A DNA stretch of 64,000 nt from Perkinsus chesapeaki ATCC PRA-425 (GCA_013115145.1 JAAPAO010000029.1:58995-122994); one strand, 5' to 3'. Shown: positions 40,901 through 54,154, counted from the stretch's first letter. Notes: a model not told the origin generated them from the letters alone. Made by a program: numbers and translations.

Positions 40901-43399
40901 ATCATACCCAAATCCTGATCCATCCATAACCGACGTACCTAACCTTCGACAATCAATTTCCTGCGCGCCACAAAATTACCACTCTCCCGCTTCATTCTAA
41001 GAACAGACCGTGCGTGCTGGCGGGCCATCAAACCCGCAGAGTCATTCTCCTTCGTAATGATCTCGAAACTGAAAACTGAAATACCTCCACCCGGAAAATA
41101 TTATTCGGAGCTTTCCACTACAACTGGGCAACGACCGCACCCGAACTGGAGACGGTATGGAGGAGTGCGTCAGGAAAATGCAATTAAGTGCAAAGTAAGC
41201 CTCAACAACTACTGATAAATGGAGGATGTTGGCGTAGCTGTTGAACCTCTAAGATATAACAGATGTCAATTCACAGCTCTTCCACAACTTATTCGGTACG
41301 GTAGGCTGGCAAGATAGAGTAAACTGCAGAACACCACAAAGCTGGCCGAAGAGCCCTCCCTCGGACCGTCCCTGCCCATCATGAACTAATAGTGCCAGAT
41401 GGATGAGTTTATTGAGTAGCTAGAGTTCAATTGGGGCTTTGAAGAAGGACTTACACATTGGCACAAAGACGGAAAACGTTTCTAGTTAGAATTGTGAACA
41501 AACTGCAAATCGTAGTAGGTCTCGAATTTGAAGTGCTAGGGGTTAATTTAGTTTTAACCTCACCTGTTGTCTACAAGAACGCGGAAGTGTGTTTCCAAGC
41601 ATGTCTGCCAGGAGCGTCTCCGACCTTACCGAATCCGTTTATATGAAAACGACATTATATCCGCTGCCTCAATCCAAACAACTTCTCTTGATAAGTGCTA
41701 TATCATCCTTGCTAGCCTGTCATTCGGGTGGCGTCCAGTTGCTCTAGTTTCACGAAAGTCTATTCCTTTGGAAAGGGATGAACTATTATATTAATGTATT
41801 ATATATCGAATTATGCATCGGTGTGCCCCCCAAATCCCTGTAGATTACGAAAAGCCTTGGCGCTCCCGGTGGCGAGCTCCTCCTCCTCCACGCGCCGGCG
41901 GTGTGTCGTTCTTTAAATCCAATGGTCTTAACCTAGCGAACGTCTTCAAAGGTTGTTGCTCGAATGGGACAGATCGGTAAATCGGCTCTTCGTTCTGAAA
42001 TGAAAAGCGAGGTTTCGAGAATAATCCATGAATGTGGTATCCATGCTGAGGAGTGGCGAGGCGCCACTTGCGACGAAGGACCATGTCGCGGAAATTAACA
42101 TTTTTTCCACTTCCTCGATTTTCCAACTTGGAGATTGATCTGATTAACTGAGGAAGGTCAGTGAGCCAGACTCTAAGGTGACACTGAATGATAACTCGGT
42201 GATAGGCAACTCTACGGTGCGGTCCACAATCACTCAAGCTGGAAACCGTCCTAGGAGCGGAAACCTTACGGAGTCGAACTATGCCCTCCCCTTCACGAAT
42301 CATCAATCATGATAGAATTAACCTTTAATGGTTGAATAATAGATTAATTCTCACAAGTAGTTAATAAATGATTCGACTTTATATTGGTATATGGATGGTA
42401 AAACTAAATCACAGATAACAATATACCAAACGGGTTGAGTGCCTAATACGCTTATTAATGTCCCAGTATTATTACTACTGATACATCCACAACAGACTCC
42501 GCCATGGATCCAGCAGCAGCAGTAGCAACAGTCGATTTATCATAGGGGAGCGGAACTGTCATTGATGGTAGAACTGCTGAATAAGTAAATATTTAAGAGT
42601 CTGTCAGTAGCCATTTGGTGCAAGGTTAGAATAGACTTGAGCGTCAGAATGACTTCGATAAGATCGACGTTAATTACCGCCGTTGAACCGTTGGATACGC
42701 GGTACTACTAGCAAATGCTATGGATTACTACACAACTCAAGAATGTGGAAAGGTCGCAGATCGCATGGCACTGTGTGTGTTAGAAAATGTTATGTGAAGG
42801 AAAAGTCCATGATGGAACTGCACAAAAATAAATAATGACAATGTAGTTAGGCACAAGCAACTTCCACGATACTCTACCAAACAGGGGTATTTCTCCGGCC
42901 TATGACCGGAAGGGCAGAGAGTACAGGAGAGTGTGAAGCTTGAAGAACTTGCCTATGAGCTTGTGCGGACCTTTTATGAGGTAGGTAGGACAATCAGAAC
43001 CCAACGAGGGGATCAGCCAACCACAGCATTAAGAGTTCTTTATACAATCAAATGAAAACATTACAGGGAAGGAATCGGTAAGTGACCGTATGGGAATCTT
43101 TGCCCTGGCATGGATGGCCAAAATATCTTTCTCGCACGCGGAAGAATTCATTAACGCATGCGTGCATAGTATCTTGACGATGCCAATCGACATGATAACC
43201 GGTGTATTGTGAGCGGGGATGGTATTTAGTACTGTGGAGGGGGTATAACACTGATATGTACTGCTCAATCTCAAACTATATAGTAATACTGCCCGTCATG
43301 GGACGATGAACGCAATTGCACGCATGCGCAAGATGCTCTTACTGGATGCGCGTGCGTGCATTAGGTAACAACTTACATAAAGCCCTTAACGATCTCTAT

Positions 43400-44150
43400 A
43401 TGCGCTTCATAAATCTAATACCATTCTTTTGTATCATATCTGCCATTGCTGACCCCCTTGAGGATCCGCAGGCTTCATTCGACGACAATGATCAGGTAAG
43501 ATAACTCCACCGCTGTTCACTTTTATACCTATTTCTCTGAAAATGTTTTTTACTCCACATTTGCACTCTATGACGGAGTCTACTCCGGTTTAATTCTCAC
43601 ATGTTGTCAGGCCCTATTTCTGCCCGAACTCGAGGAGGCCGACGTTGAGGAGTTCTTCAAGCTTGCTGGACAGGTCGCCGGACCCCTCAGCGCTGGACTT
43701 GAGAAAGCCTCCAACGCCTTTGTTGACACTCTTCTCGAGTCTATGAAGGACGTCGAGTCCCAAGTTGACATGGACGAAGTGGATGCATTCCTCCAGAAGA
43801 TCTTCGCCGAGAAACCTCACCGCAACCTCAGAACCAACGACAAAAAGTTCAAGGGAATCGATTACTTCACCATTCCCGAAGGCTCTGCCGCGGAGAAGTT
43901 CTTTGCCGCCCAAGCTAAGGGAAGGCAACTGGTCGATGCCCCACCTGTGAACACCGCATTTTTGGACGCTGTCGCCCCCGAGGAGGCCAGCCGCCAATTT
44001 TTTGTTGACGCCAACATGGCCGACCTCGATTGGTTAAAGCATAGAAAACTTGAGGCGGAGAAAAAGTTCAAAGGCATTCAATACTTTACTGTGGAGGAGG
44101 GCTCGGCTGCTGACAAGTTCTTCCACGTGAAGAATGATCTGAAGGAGTAA
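43400..44150 (+). CDS. Small secreted protein (2 exons) with a duplicated 21-aa motif
   Basis: Exon 1 reads MRFINLIPFFCIISAIADPLEDPQASFDDNDQ then gtaag; exon 2 follows ttgtcag (about 43610) to TAA at 44150. Motifs are KKFKGIDYFTIPEGSAAEKFF and KKFKGIQYFTVEEGSAADKFF. Codons end strongly in C/G. Confidence 0.8.
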
Positions 44151-45258
44151 CCTCCTACTTGCGTTCTCGATAGCCTGGTACATCCTTTAAAGTCTTGTGT
44201 CGTCTTCTGTGCAGATCTTCATATGTTTATGTGGGACCCGTTTTAGCGGGATTTCTGGTGGCAAACACCGCCATGTAAATATCGCCGTACATCCTTTGGA
44301 GAGTATATCATCTTCTTGTCCTTCAAAATGGTTCAGAGTTCAGTCAAGCCAGTCGGCATCTCAATGATCTGTCCCTGCGTCAATTGTATCAGGGTTTCCG
44401 CGTCGCTATCGCCTTCGAACACTTTGGCTCGATAAGCTAGATCACTTGCCGTCTACAAAGCACGCTAGAGTGAATTAATTCGTTCATCTGAATTTATTAC
44501 GAAGTAAAGAGTTACAATATTATCTCGCGGGATGATATTGAGCGAGTGAGGGACAGACCTCCACATGTTTCACCAATCCTGGTGTAAATTATTCGCCGAT
44601 GTCCATAACCACAATCGGCGTGATTGAACCGCCTGAGTAACGCAACAGAGGAAAGTGCTCGAGATTGCTACTGAGGATATAACTTGATGATGTTGAGATA
44701 CGACGACGACGACAAACTCGATTTGAGAAAAAACCACAAGCTCGTTTCCGAGTGTGGCATTGTCTACAAAGATTCAATGCGCTCTACACATGGACTCGGA
44801 AACAGTCAGGAAAAGTACAAGAAAGAGGTATTCTTATAAAAACCTTACATGCGCGACGATCTTAGTGATAGTACAACCGATGAGTGTTAACTGGTCTGGC
44901 AACAGTAGAGACATGAGAGCAGAACGAGAAACAATCTATTAGAGACTGTATTTCTTTATAGCTTGTTGAGCTTGATATGGGCTCTTAATGAAATGGTGCA
45001 AAGATACTTATGGAGTCGGAATACAATCTTTTAATAACACCTAATACATAATAATGCTCTTTACAGATGTAATGACAATTATTATTTATAATGACGTATA
45101 CGTGATAGAAAAGTATAGGGCGGAAAATATTATGAGATAACTTTGAAAGCCTTCTTAGAGCACTTTGAACGTCATTCATCATAATATAAATAAAAAGTAA
45201 AAGCTGACTACATTCCTTTGCGATGCTCCACAGACCAAATTGTCAGCAACAAAAAGAT

Positions 45259-46041
45259 TCACGCTTTCTTTTCGGCGACACCAGTGGAGGACGCAGCGTA
45301 AATGACACCGAGCTGCTCGATATATTGCAAATCTTGATAATATTGAATCATATCATCAGTAACATTTTGGGTCTCGTCAACACGGAATAGCTCCTCCCTG
45401 CTGTGAGCATAACCGCAGTTTACACGACGACAGTTACGGCCACGATCACAGAGCTTGGTCTTACAAAGATTCCCCGGCCTGACACGTAGCTCATCAGCCG
45501 AGTGTGCGAACGCGCACTTATCACCGAATGCACAGTAACCTCTAGCAAAATGTCTACAAGCTTTAGTCTTCACAAGATAAGTAGGAGGCGGCGGGGCATC
45601 TGGGTTGACGAAACTTTCCATGGCATCAACAGTATTATCACCAATAGCAGGAGACAGTGGCTTAGAGAGTGCAACGCCTTTAAAATAAGAATCAATATTT
45701 ATAGTAGGAGGGGCTGAACGTGAGCTGTACTTAGGTGACACACAGACAGCACTGTCAGCAACAGACCAGGTAGAGGACCTTAGAAGAGCCCCAGGAGGGG
45801 GATATGGCGGACCAGCTTCAAATGGAACTGATAGGCTTCTTGAGAACGATAACGGGGTACTGATACTGGCTATGGAAGACGGCGTTGCTATGGTGCTCAC
45901 CGAGCTAGCGCTCCGACGTGGTTTAGAGTTGACATAAGGATCGGTGAGAATCGGCTGAGGCCTCACGGGATTCTTAGGCGTCGGAAGGATGCCGTCATCA
46001 TCGGTAAAGGATGAAGATTGGCAGCTCTCGGACAAAGACAT
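45259..46041 (-). CDS. Tandem CCCH zinc-finger RNA-binding protein (TIS11/ZFP36-like), intronless, 260 aa
   Basis: KTKACRHFARGYCAFGDKCAFAH..ELR and KTKLCDRGRNCRRVNCGYAH..EL, with KTK lead-ins and a Ser/Pro-rich N-terminus. Confidence 0.9.
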   Translation of the reverse strand: MSLSESCQSSSFTDDDGILPTPKNPVRPQPILTDPYVNSKPRRSASSVSTIATPSSIASISTPLSFSRSLSVPFEAGPPYPPPGALLRSSTWSVADSAVCVSPKYSSRSAPPTINIDSYFKGVALSKPLSPAIGDNTVDAMESFVNPDAPPPPTYLVKTKACRHFARGYCAFGDKCAFAHSADELRVRPGNLCKTKLCDRGRNCRRVNCGYAHSREELFRVDETQNVTDDMIQYYQDLQYIEQLGVIYAASSTGVAEKKA

Positions 46042-47000
46042 GAAAAATTAGAAACCCAGCAGGAAGGGGAACTACTACAATAGATCGAACACCCAAAATT
46101 ATTTTGCAGAAGCCGTATGAGAAAAATGGGTGTTAAAATGCGACTAAAAATTCGTAGCTCGCTTATCAAGCTAATCTGAATCTTTCGCGCTTCGAGTTTG
46201 GATACCTAACAGACACTCTCACCCCGTTCCTTACGTTCAACCAAGCCTCGAATAATCCACCTCCGAAGCACCTTACTCGCCAAAGCTAGAGCAAACCCCT
46301 TCCAAAAAGCCAGACTTGGGACTTGCGTACTGAACGTTGAGGAAGCTCAAGACTGCACAAGTGAGCAAGATCTGTTGGCTGCCGTATCTGAATTACTTTT
46401 CGGAGGTAACTTTGAGGTTCCATTGAAGAAAGATGTTTTTTGGGTCAAATTAAAGCTGTGTATGCTAAAAATTTGTGGCTTAATTTTCGTGCGACTTCTC
46501 TAGTTCGCAACAATCAAGACGAGTTTAGACCTGAAACTTTGAGGCTTCGTTAGACTGAGTATTGTCATAGCACTGTGGGACACTCAAACTCTCAACACAT
46601 ACACTCATCCACATAATTTCAGCACAATCGGTTTTTTGAAAAACGTTTTTTTCACATATCCACGCTGTCTATATGTGGATAAACCGATAATGCTAAAGTT
46701 ATGTAGAGAGGTGCATGTGTGTTGAATATTTTCCATATCTGATGCGCATTATTCCCGCAATGATTATTTCACAGACGGAGAAATATTCCGTAAATTGAAT
46801 AGTGCGAAGACAAGCCCTTTGGGTAAAGTAAGCAATGTCCTCTGAAACAATACTGAGCAAACTTCACGGGGCAATGTAAACAGTGGAGTACTCCTCGTAT
46901 ATGTAAGGACCGATAGGATCCACTATACGACGCCTCTTCACGGGAGAACTGGAGAGCTCTTGCGGACTCGACGCAAAAAAATGTGAAGCCTCAGCGAGCC

Positions 47001-48470
47001 ATGGGAAATGCCTTGTCGACACTTCCGTGCGGGAAAAAGAGTTTTGACGCCGGACCTGACCAATTCAACCTCATTTTATCCCTCTCCGCGGACAGAACCC
47101 TGGACGACCAAGGGGGGCTCGCGTACCGTAATGACAGGTAAAACCCGCTTGTACGCGTGACAAGGAAACTGCCGTGACTCAGCGTAAATCCTCACCCGGT
47201 TTGGTCGGTTTCGGTGACGTCAGACGGTTTACAGCTAGCAGCCGCCTGTGCTGACAATCGTATACATTTATGGTGTTTGGTTTCATTTCAAATACTCATA
47301 TCACTCGGAGGGCACGGCGACGTTATTTGGGAGGTAAATGTACCCTGCGGGATTCGAACTCGGATCGTTCGATGGATCGTTGTTCAGGTTGCGTACTCAC
47401 CCAATGACGAGTTTCTCCTGTCTTGCTCCGCTGACGGCACATGCAGGCTTTGGGAGGTGGCAACGGGCTTCCCAATGGCTGTTGTTCGAGGCCACAGCAA
47501 TTGGGTGTGGGCGATAACGTGGAGCGGTAAGCGTATGTCCCGGGTTCGAACCTCGGCTAAGACATCTTTTCAGGAGACTCGCGCTACTTCGCTACAGGAG
47601 GCACCGATAGTCGAATATGCGTCTGGGACAGGCAGCACACTGGTCAGCCGTGACGCCGATTCGCGTCGCAATGAATCCGCGTGATTCAGGGATGCCTCTG
47701 GCATCGTGGCTGGGCCACGTGAAGTCCGTGTCGAGCCTAAGCTTCTCTGCACGAGATGCGAGCCGGTTAGTCAGTGTTTCGAATGACTCCACGGTGAGCC
47801 TTACTTGAAAATTTATTTCAGAGTCCTCTTTCAACTTTTGTAATTGCTTCGCATTCCCCCTACTGATCCCCAATCAGATCGCTGTATGGGATTCGCTTAC
47901 GGGACATCTGCGCTGCCGTTTGGGTGGACATGTTGGAAATATCTCCTGTGTCGAGGTGAGCTACTTACTCTACCATCTACCTCTGCAACGCGTTCGGTTC
48001 GGACAGAACCATGCCACACTTTGGCGCGTTATCATCTTCGCATGAAGAGCGTTGTCGTCAGGTTTGCCCTATGAACGACAATCTCATAGCCACTGCGGGA
48101 GAGGACTGCTCTGTTCGCCTATGGTACGACATTTCCTCCTCTGCAGTGTAAATCAATCAGATAGGTCATTGCGAGATCTGTCAGTCGAGGACGCACACAG
48201 CAGTCGGACCTCCGACTGGGGCTTTGGCCTACAACACCACCTGCTGAAAGGTGTTTGCTTTGACGAGGACCGAAACATATTTATCCATTTCACAGGCCAT
48301 ACTGAGGCTGTTAATTGTCTCCAATTCACGAACGATGGGCGCCTCCTAGCAAGCGGGGGAGCTGACACTACCATAAGGATCTGGCACGTTAGCGCCAAAC
48401 TGCCCAGTCTTGCCTACAAGGTAGCCACAACGCCTGTGCTTGGCAACTTTGCGTGTGGTAGCCTGTGGGC
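47001..48470 (+). CDS. WD40-repeat protein with a putative N-acylation signal
   Basis: Starts MGNALSTLPCGKK. WD repeats include GHGDVIWEVAYSPNDEFLLSCSADGTCRLWE, GHSNWVWAITWS, GHVKSVSSLSFS and GHTEAVNCLQFTNDGRLLASGGADTTIRIW. Confidence 0.85.
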
Positions 48471-51400
48471 CATGTTGTCCAGCATTCCGGTTAAGCAAAT
48501 GCAAGTCAAGAATCAAACCCCCAGGAGAAATAGAGCTTGAAGGTTTTCATCCCCCCTGGGAACGCAGGCGTGAGAGTTGTAGAAACTTTCTGAGTTAGTT
48601 GTCAGCGCACACGAAAGGACGGTTTTTCGCATCACGTAGTTAGAGAACAGAACAAAGTTTATGCTTGGACTGGCAAAGAGGTTGTCCCTATTTAGTTTGT
48701 GGCGCACGAGTCGTGGGTAAGATCCCTCTGTTGGAAGCAGGACAGGACGATGCTCATTACAGCTTCAACAGACGGTCTCATAGCACTATGGTGGGATGCT
48801 ACTCTCACCATACTTATAGTGTTCCTTAAGGAATGTACCGCGTGAATATCACGCCCCGGGTGCGCGAGCACTGGCGTTGGATACATTTAAAGCCATACAG
48901 CAAGAGAAAAAGGTAGGTGGAGTGACGAGGAATCGAACCTGGGTCCAGTTCATTTGTGGCAGCCCGCTAAAGAGTCCGCTGCAGCGCCTGGCTTGGCGGA
49001 GAAGGCGAAAGATGGAGTTCTCAAGGTCGCGCATCGAGGTAAGATACGCGAACTTGTGATACGTCGCAGCTCTTCCATCAGCACGACGGAAGTTCTCTTT
49101 CTTGATACATAAGGCTATCGAAATGGGCCAGGGGGGCAACAACGCTGTGACCGAAAAGTAAGAGCATAAATAGGTAACCCAGGCTGAATCACGTGTCTAC
49201 TATCAAAAACTTGCCATTTGGACGATCAACAATTATCTACAGTGGGATAAATGAAGACGTTGATGAGATAATGTGTACCTCAAGAGCGCTATTGGATTGT
49301 CTAAAATTGTTTGTTGGGGCCTCGTGATACTGCTTACCGTGTTACTGATCGCTGTGGGCATGCATCGATCGAGCCCTTTCTGGGGCGGTAGTTACAGAAA
49401 AATCCCTCTTTGAAAGATGAATACATTACAATCTTGGTTTCGTGAGGTTATAAAGTATGCATATATTTCTTAGTCCAGTTCGGGTCTATATTCTAACGTT
49501 GGTAGTGCGTGGCATACAGTATTATTCCGCCATGGACGATTATGCCCCCTATCACTGGGCCTCAATATCTTCGCGTTTTGTTCTGTCATGGTTGATCGAT
49601 TAAGCTGTGTCGCGCGTTTCCGGTATCCGACCGCAGACTTCTGACACTTGGGGTCGATGGTTAGTCACCAGCCGATGTATCCTGCTCTTTTGTATAGTGA
49701 ATTTATTGCAATATCATGGAAGGTACAAAGAAGATGACGAGGGAAGGAGCGAGCCGGAAAGCAGCGATGCCTCTGAGAGCCGATCTGATGCGGACTCGGC
49801 GCTAGTTGAGAATCTCACGAGCGAGCACCGAGCGGACTCCCGTTCGTCTGGAGAGGTGCAGAATATCAGTTGATGACTGCAGACTTTCTTGCACCGGCAT
49901 GAAGCATATCGATGTTCCAATATTAGTGAAGATTCTTGTTGAGTGAGTCTTACAGTAAACCTGTGAAATCAGACAGGGTTGAGGAACCTGAAGTGACCGA
50001 CCCGGCCGAGACTCTTTTGTACAAAGTAAGGAGAGGCAATGTCAACTGGGAATCACTCCGAATCGAGTACGTGATCGCTGGGACTAGATCCGTTTAAAGG
50101 CGTGGGATAAGTAACTTGCACATCAACTTACAATCAGGGACCTCATTGAGAACCCAGATTTCTTCTGCTTGCAGTTCTTGGGGTTGAGTGATGCAATCTC
50201 TATCATTAAGGGCTATTTTTAACGCTCTCGAAAGTTGCACATAGTATGGATATTCTAACCAAGCTATTTCTGGAGTAGGGTTATGAAGTCAGATATAAAT
50301 AGTCAACAATAAATACACGTAATCTCAACCTGTCCCCCCCTCTCAGTTAACTATCTCCACGCGTGTTGTGGTATACAGCCGTAACTTACCGTGACACTCT
50401 TTTCGGTGACAACCGCAATAAGTGACCCTTTTCGCTCCTGGCTGGCAAGTTAATTCAACATTGTTATCTATCCCACTAACTTATCGGCAACAAAAAATGT
50501 CAGTACTGCTATTCCTAATATCCGTCTCTATGGTCGACAGGTCGCTGCGCTACAACATGCTCTATCACACCTAATTGTGTATCTTCCCATTGTATGGATT
50601 TAAAACTCCCCGCTGTATGCCATGGTATTATTGTTCGACCTGATGGTTCCCTCTGTTCAGCTGATGATGGTCCTGCAAGCCGTCACAGCTACAGGCTCAT
50701 CACTACAGCTGAGCTGTAGGGATGAACCTGCACCGTGTGATAAGCTTCTCCCTCCCGAGCCTTTTACTACAACACCAACGGTAACCACTAATTCTGTAAC
50801 AACTGAAGTTAGTACGTATAGTACAACAACCTCTACGTCAAGTAGAGCTCTACGTATAGGTTTATTTAATAAATTATAACACAATCTAGTCACACCAGAC
50901 CCCCTTCATGGGGACCCATGCATGGTAGTTATCTTATGGCAATGTCTCGTGACATCAGTGCCTTCCAATCTGAACATATACACCTGCACCCAATTCACAA
51001 TGCCTTGACTTAGAAATGACCTTAGAAATCGGTCGAAGTACGGAGGCGTTGTTTCGCGAAGATGGTTTGCAAATGTGCCGAGCGAATGAGCAAGCGACAT
51101 CCTTCATGCTACACCGTCCCTTGTTTTTATAACTCAAGGAGTCCTAGATTAGCTCATGTAGGCTGATCCTATGATTTTACTTCGCAGCATCTTGTGGCTC
51201 CAAACAGAGTTTTCCCGGTGACAAATCTCACACTGAATCTCATCGGGGATGTTTGGTTACTGATTTGGAAATGGGATAAATAACGACTAATGCGAGCACA
51301 GATATCGGCATAACGCCTACAGCTACCCGAACTATGAATGCCCTCGCAGTGTTCTTATACACACAGGCGCATCGCCCAACCTAACCGCAGAGCGGCCGTG

Positions 51401-52734
51401 GAGCGGCGCAGTGCGCCTGTGGTCCAAGGCGGGTCTCGGATGAATGAGTCTTGATGCACGTCAGAATACAGAATAAGCAGGGCGCATATACGGATCCAAA
51501 ATTCCCAGTCAATGGAATCCCGAAGAGTTTCCCTACATTGACATTGCGGGAATCATATGAAAGTTGATCAGTAATTCGAAGTCCAGTTGATTAGTAGTTT
51601 GACTCGACGATGCGCATAATTTAATATCCCCACGGCGTGGGACCCCCGCCAGAGTGGTCGCACTGTTTCCCAGTGTATTAACAGTTTGAGTTGGCCGGGC
51701 TATCATCAACCTACGTGAACGAGCTTTTAAGTTCGTCATAGGGAATTAATAATGGCCATGTTCCGCGAATCCCGAATATTTCGTCAAAGTTTTATGAATT
51801 CAAGCAACCCAACACTATCCTCCTTAAGTGCTAATGAGTCCTCCAAGTCCTTAATGCTCGTTATGAACTCGCTTTAATAGCCCATGGGATGGGCCTCATG
51901 CTGGGCACAGCTCAGCCTTACTGGGCAGGCCAGCGGAGCAATGCTTTGCCTACTCTGCTCTCAGATCAGGACGGTGTATGATTCACGCAATGTTAATGTA
52001 GAGAACCTCTTCATGATTCCATTGACTGGGACTTTCGGACCCGTATATGCGCCCCGCTCTTATTCTGTATGACGTTACCACGGTAGTTTTGATGTATATA
52101 GTATTAACTAACGACGTGATCAGCGGCCACGAATTTGTCGTGGCGCTGCACCACTGGTGCACTCGTCTGGGGAGCAGCCGGCTGTTGCGCCACAGCTCTG
52201 CGCCTGCTGTCTCCTACTTCCCCTTCTATTTGTTGAAGACCTCGAGATAGAGAGTTTGACTCCAATAATCTTAAAGACCGCGCTGAATCATCAGTGGTCT
52301 CGCAGCGAGACTCTCGCTTTTGTTGTTATCAACGCCAAGTCACAACGAATTGTCCCCGTGACGTGGTTCGGCCACGGTTGCATGCGTGCGAAAAATTTGT
52401 AATCTCAAGAATACGGATACACGTTCACCGGAGTCCAAGCACAACCTGACTAAAGACATTGGGGAGAGCGCTGGTCGTGCCTGCGCCTTAGCTTTGCGTG
52501 TTCCCCGCGTGAGCGCAGAGCTAGGCGGAGAAGCGACACCACCACATTTAACGTATAACCGTGTCGACGATCATCGTGGTCAACTTGTTGGGTCAGTTTA
52601 CTCGGGCCATACGACCGTATGCGGAGACAGCTCGTGTGTCCGCGCTGTGCGCGGCTAGTGAGTGCTGCAATGCGCGGTCAGAGGTGACAACGGGATAGTC
52701 ACCCCTTTTTCAGTGATTTTAAGTTTTAATCATT

Positions 52735-54140
52735 ATGGTCAACAGTCGCCCCCGTCGCAACAGCTCATCAACTTCGTCCCCGACTTCTCCTTCAGACGCC
52801 CCTGTCGACTCGAGTATAGCTACGCCCCCTGCAACCACTAGCAACGAAGCCGAGAACACTCAACCACAAGGCCAAAATCCTCCACACACAAGTGGCGAAG
52901 CCCGTGTACCTGCGCCCCCTTCGCAAGAAACCAGCGTGCCCACCCAAGACAACACCACGTTTATACTACCAGTTGCCCCCGAGAACGGCCCCCCACGCAC
53001 CCGGTCGACGCCGCAACAGCCCTGTCTGCACCACCCAATTTACCCGAAGATCTTCTCCACCTCTGTGCTGGTTTGGATCATATTGCATCCGGAACCGCCT
53101 TAGCCGCCCTATCTAACGTAGGGATCACGAATCCCGAGGCTCTAGGCTCCATCAGCAGCAACGAGACCATCAAGGATGCGCTGGCTCGTGATCTGGATCT
53201 AAAAGCGCAGGTCGTCTTCAACATCATGTGTAGCAGAGCTATTTCCGACCGAACCACCCCCAAGCCACCTCCAAGTAGCTCCGAGTCGGAGCCTCCGACG
53301 ACTCGATCAACGTCAAGACCCTACTCGAAGCTTTCTACAAGCACAACGGAATAACCCCGGCCCCATCAACAATGACTTCTAAGACCAACCTGCTTCAGAA
53401 ACTACGACGCCCAGAACAAGCCATCGCCGCCGACCTGAACGAATTCCCACCAAGACGTGACATCCCCAGCAACAAGACGGTCGAGAATACCAGAACATTT
53501 ACTCTAACCAATCAGGGACAGCTGGTGGCGCAGGAGAACAACTCGAAACGTAAGATCACCGGCTTCATCCCCGGGCTGCCTCTTCCGTTGGGGCACTTCG
53601 TGTTCTTTACTCCACCCTTCAGTAGCAGATGGTACCTTCTCCTCGACCGGTTTTTCTCTCTACGATGTGCACGTCTACTGGAGAAGGCTACTGGACTTCC
53701 TCCCAGCCCTCGGAGCACAAGGCCTCATCAACTACGATGCACAGTATCGGTGCTCTATTGCTCAATACGTCACCACGGGCACGTTCTCAATAAGCCACAT
53801 GCTGAGAGAAGACGTACTACCAGCGGTAATGAGCTCTGCCCTAGCCAAAGCCTCTGTGGAAGCTTCTCGTGACTCTGGGAAAGTCATCCAGAACCACCAC
53901 CTCAACGAGACCACTACTACTGCTGTTCAGTCCGGTTCTCGCCGTAACCCTCAAGAACCCAGGAGAACAGATCTGTGCCGACATTTTCTTCGAGGGTCCT
54001 GCCACTTCGGAGACGACTGTCGTTTCAGTCATAGCCCGCCAACATCCACTGCAAGATCAATGTCGAGTCGGGGCAGTTTCTTTAGCGATAATCGGGGACC
54101 CGCGAAGCGGCCGAGAGGTACGTCCCCTAATAAATCGTGA
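52735..54140 (+). CDS. Gag-like ORF with C-x7-C-x5-C-x3-H zinc finger; three apparent frameshifts
   Basis: Joined across frames 1, 3, 2, 3. Contains GLINYDAQYR, resembling the YD..(F/Y)R motif of DIRS-group gag, and LCRHFLRGSCHFGDDCRFSH. Confidence 0.7.
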
Positions 54141-54154
54141 AGGAGTTAATTGAA

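Noticed and set aside
42605-42624. cagtagccatttggtgcaag resembles the dinoflagellate/Perkinsus spliced leader (CCGTAGCCATYTTGGCTCAAG)
   Set aside because: Several mismatches in about 20 nt, no recognisable SL RNA intron or Sm site, and no intact ORF downstream. Compatible with chance.
48600-52300. Scattered short ORFs, including a Thr-rich signal-peptide-like frame at 50622-50879 and an acidic frame at 49607-49873
   Set aside because: No coherent gene model or family motif could be supported; possibly gene fragments.
52360-52400. Hairpin CGTGGTTCGGCCACG resembling the first stem of a pistol ribozyme
   Set aside because: The conserved linker and remaining stems are absent; it is only a simple hairpin.
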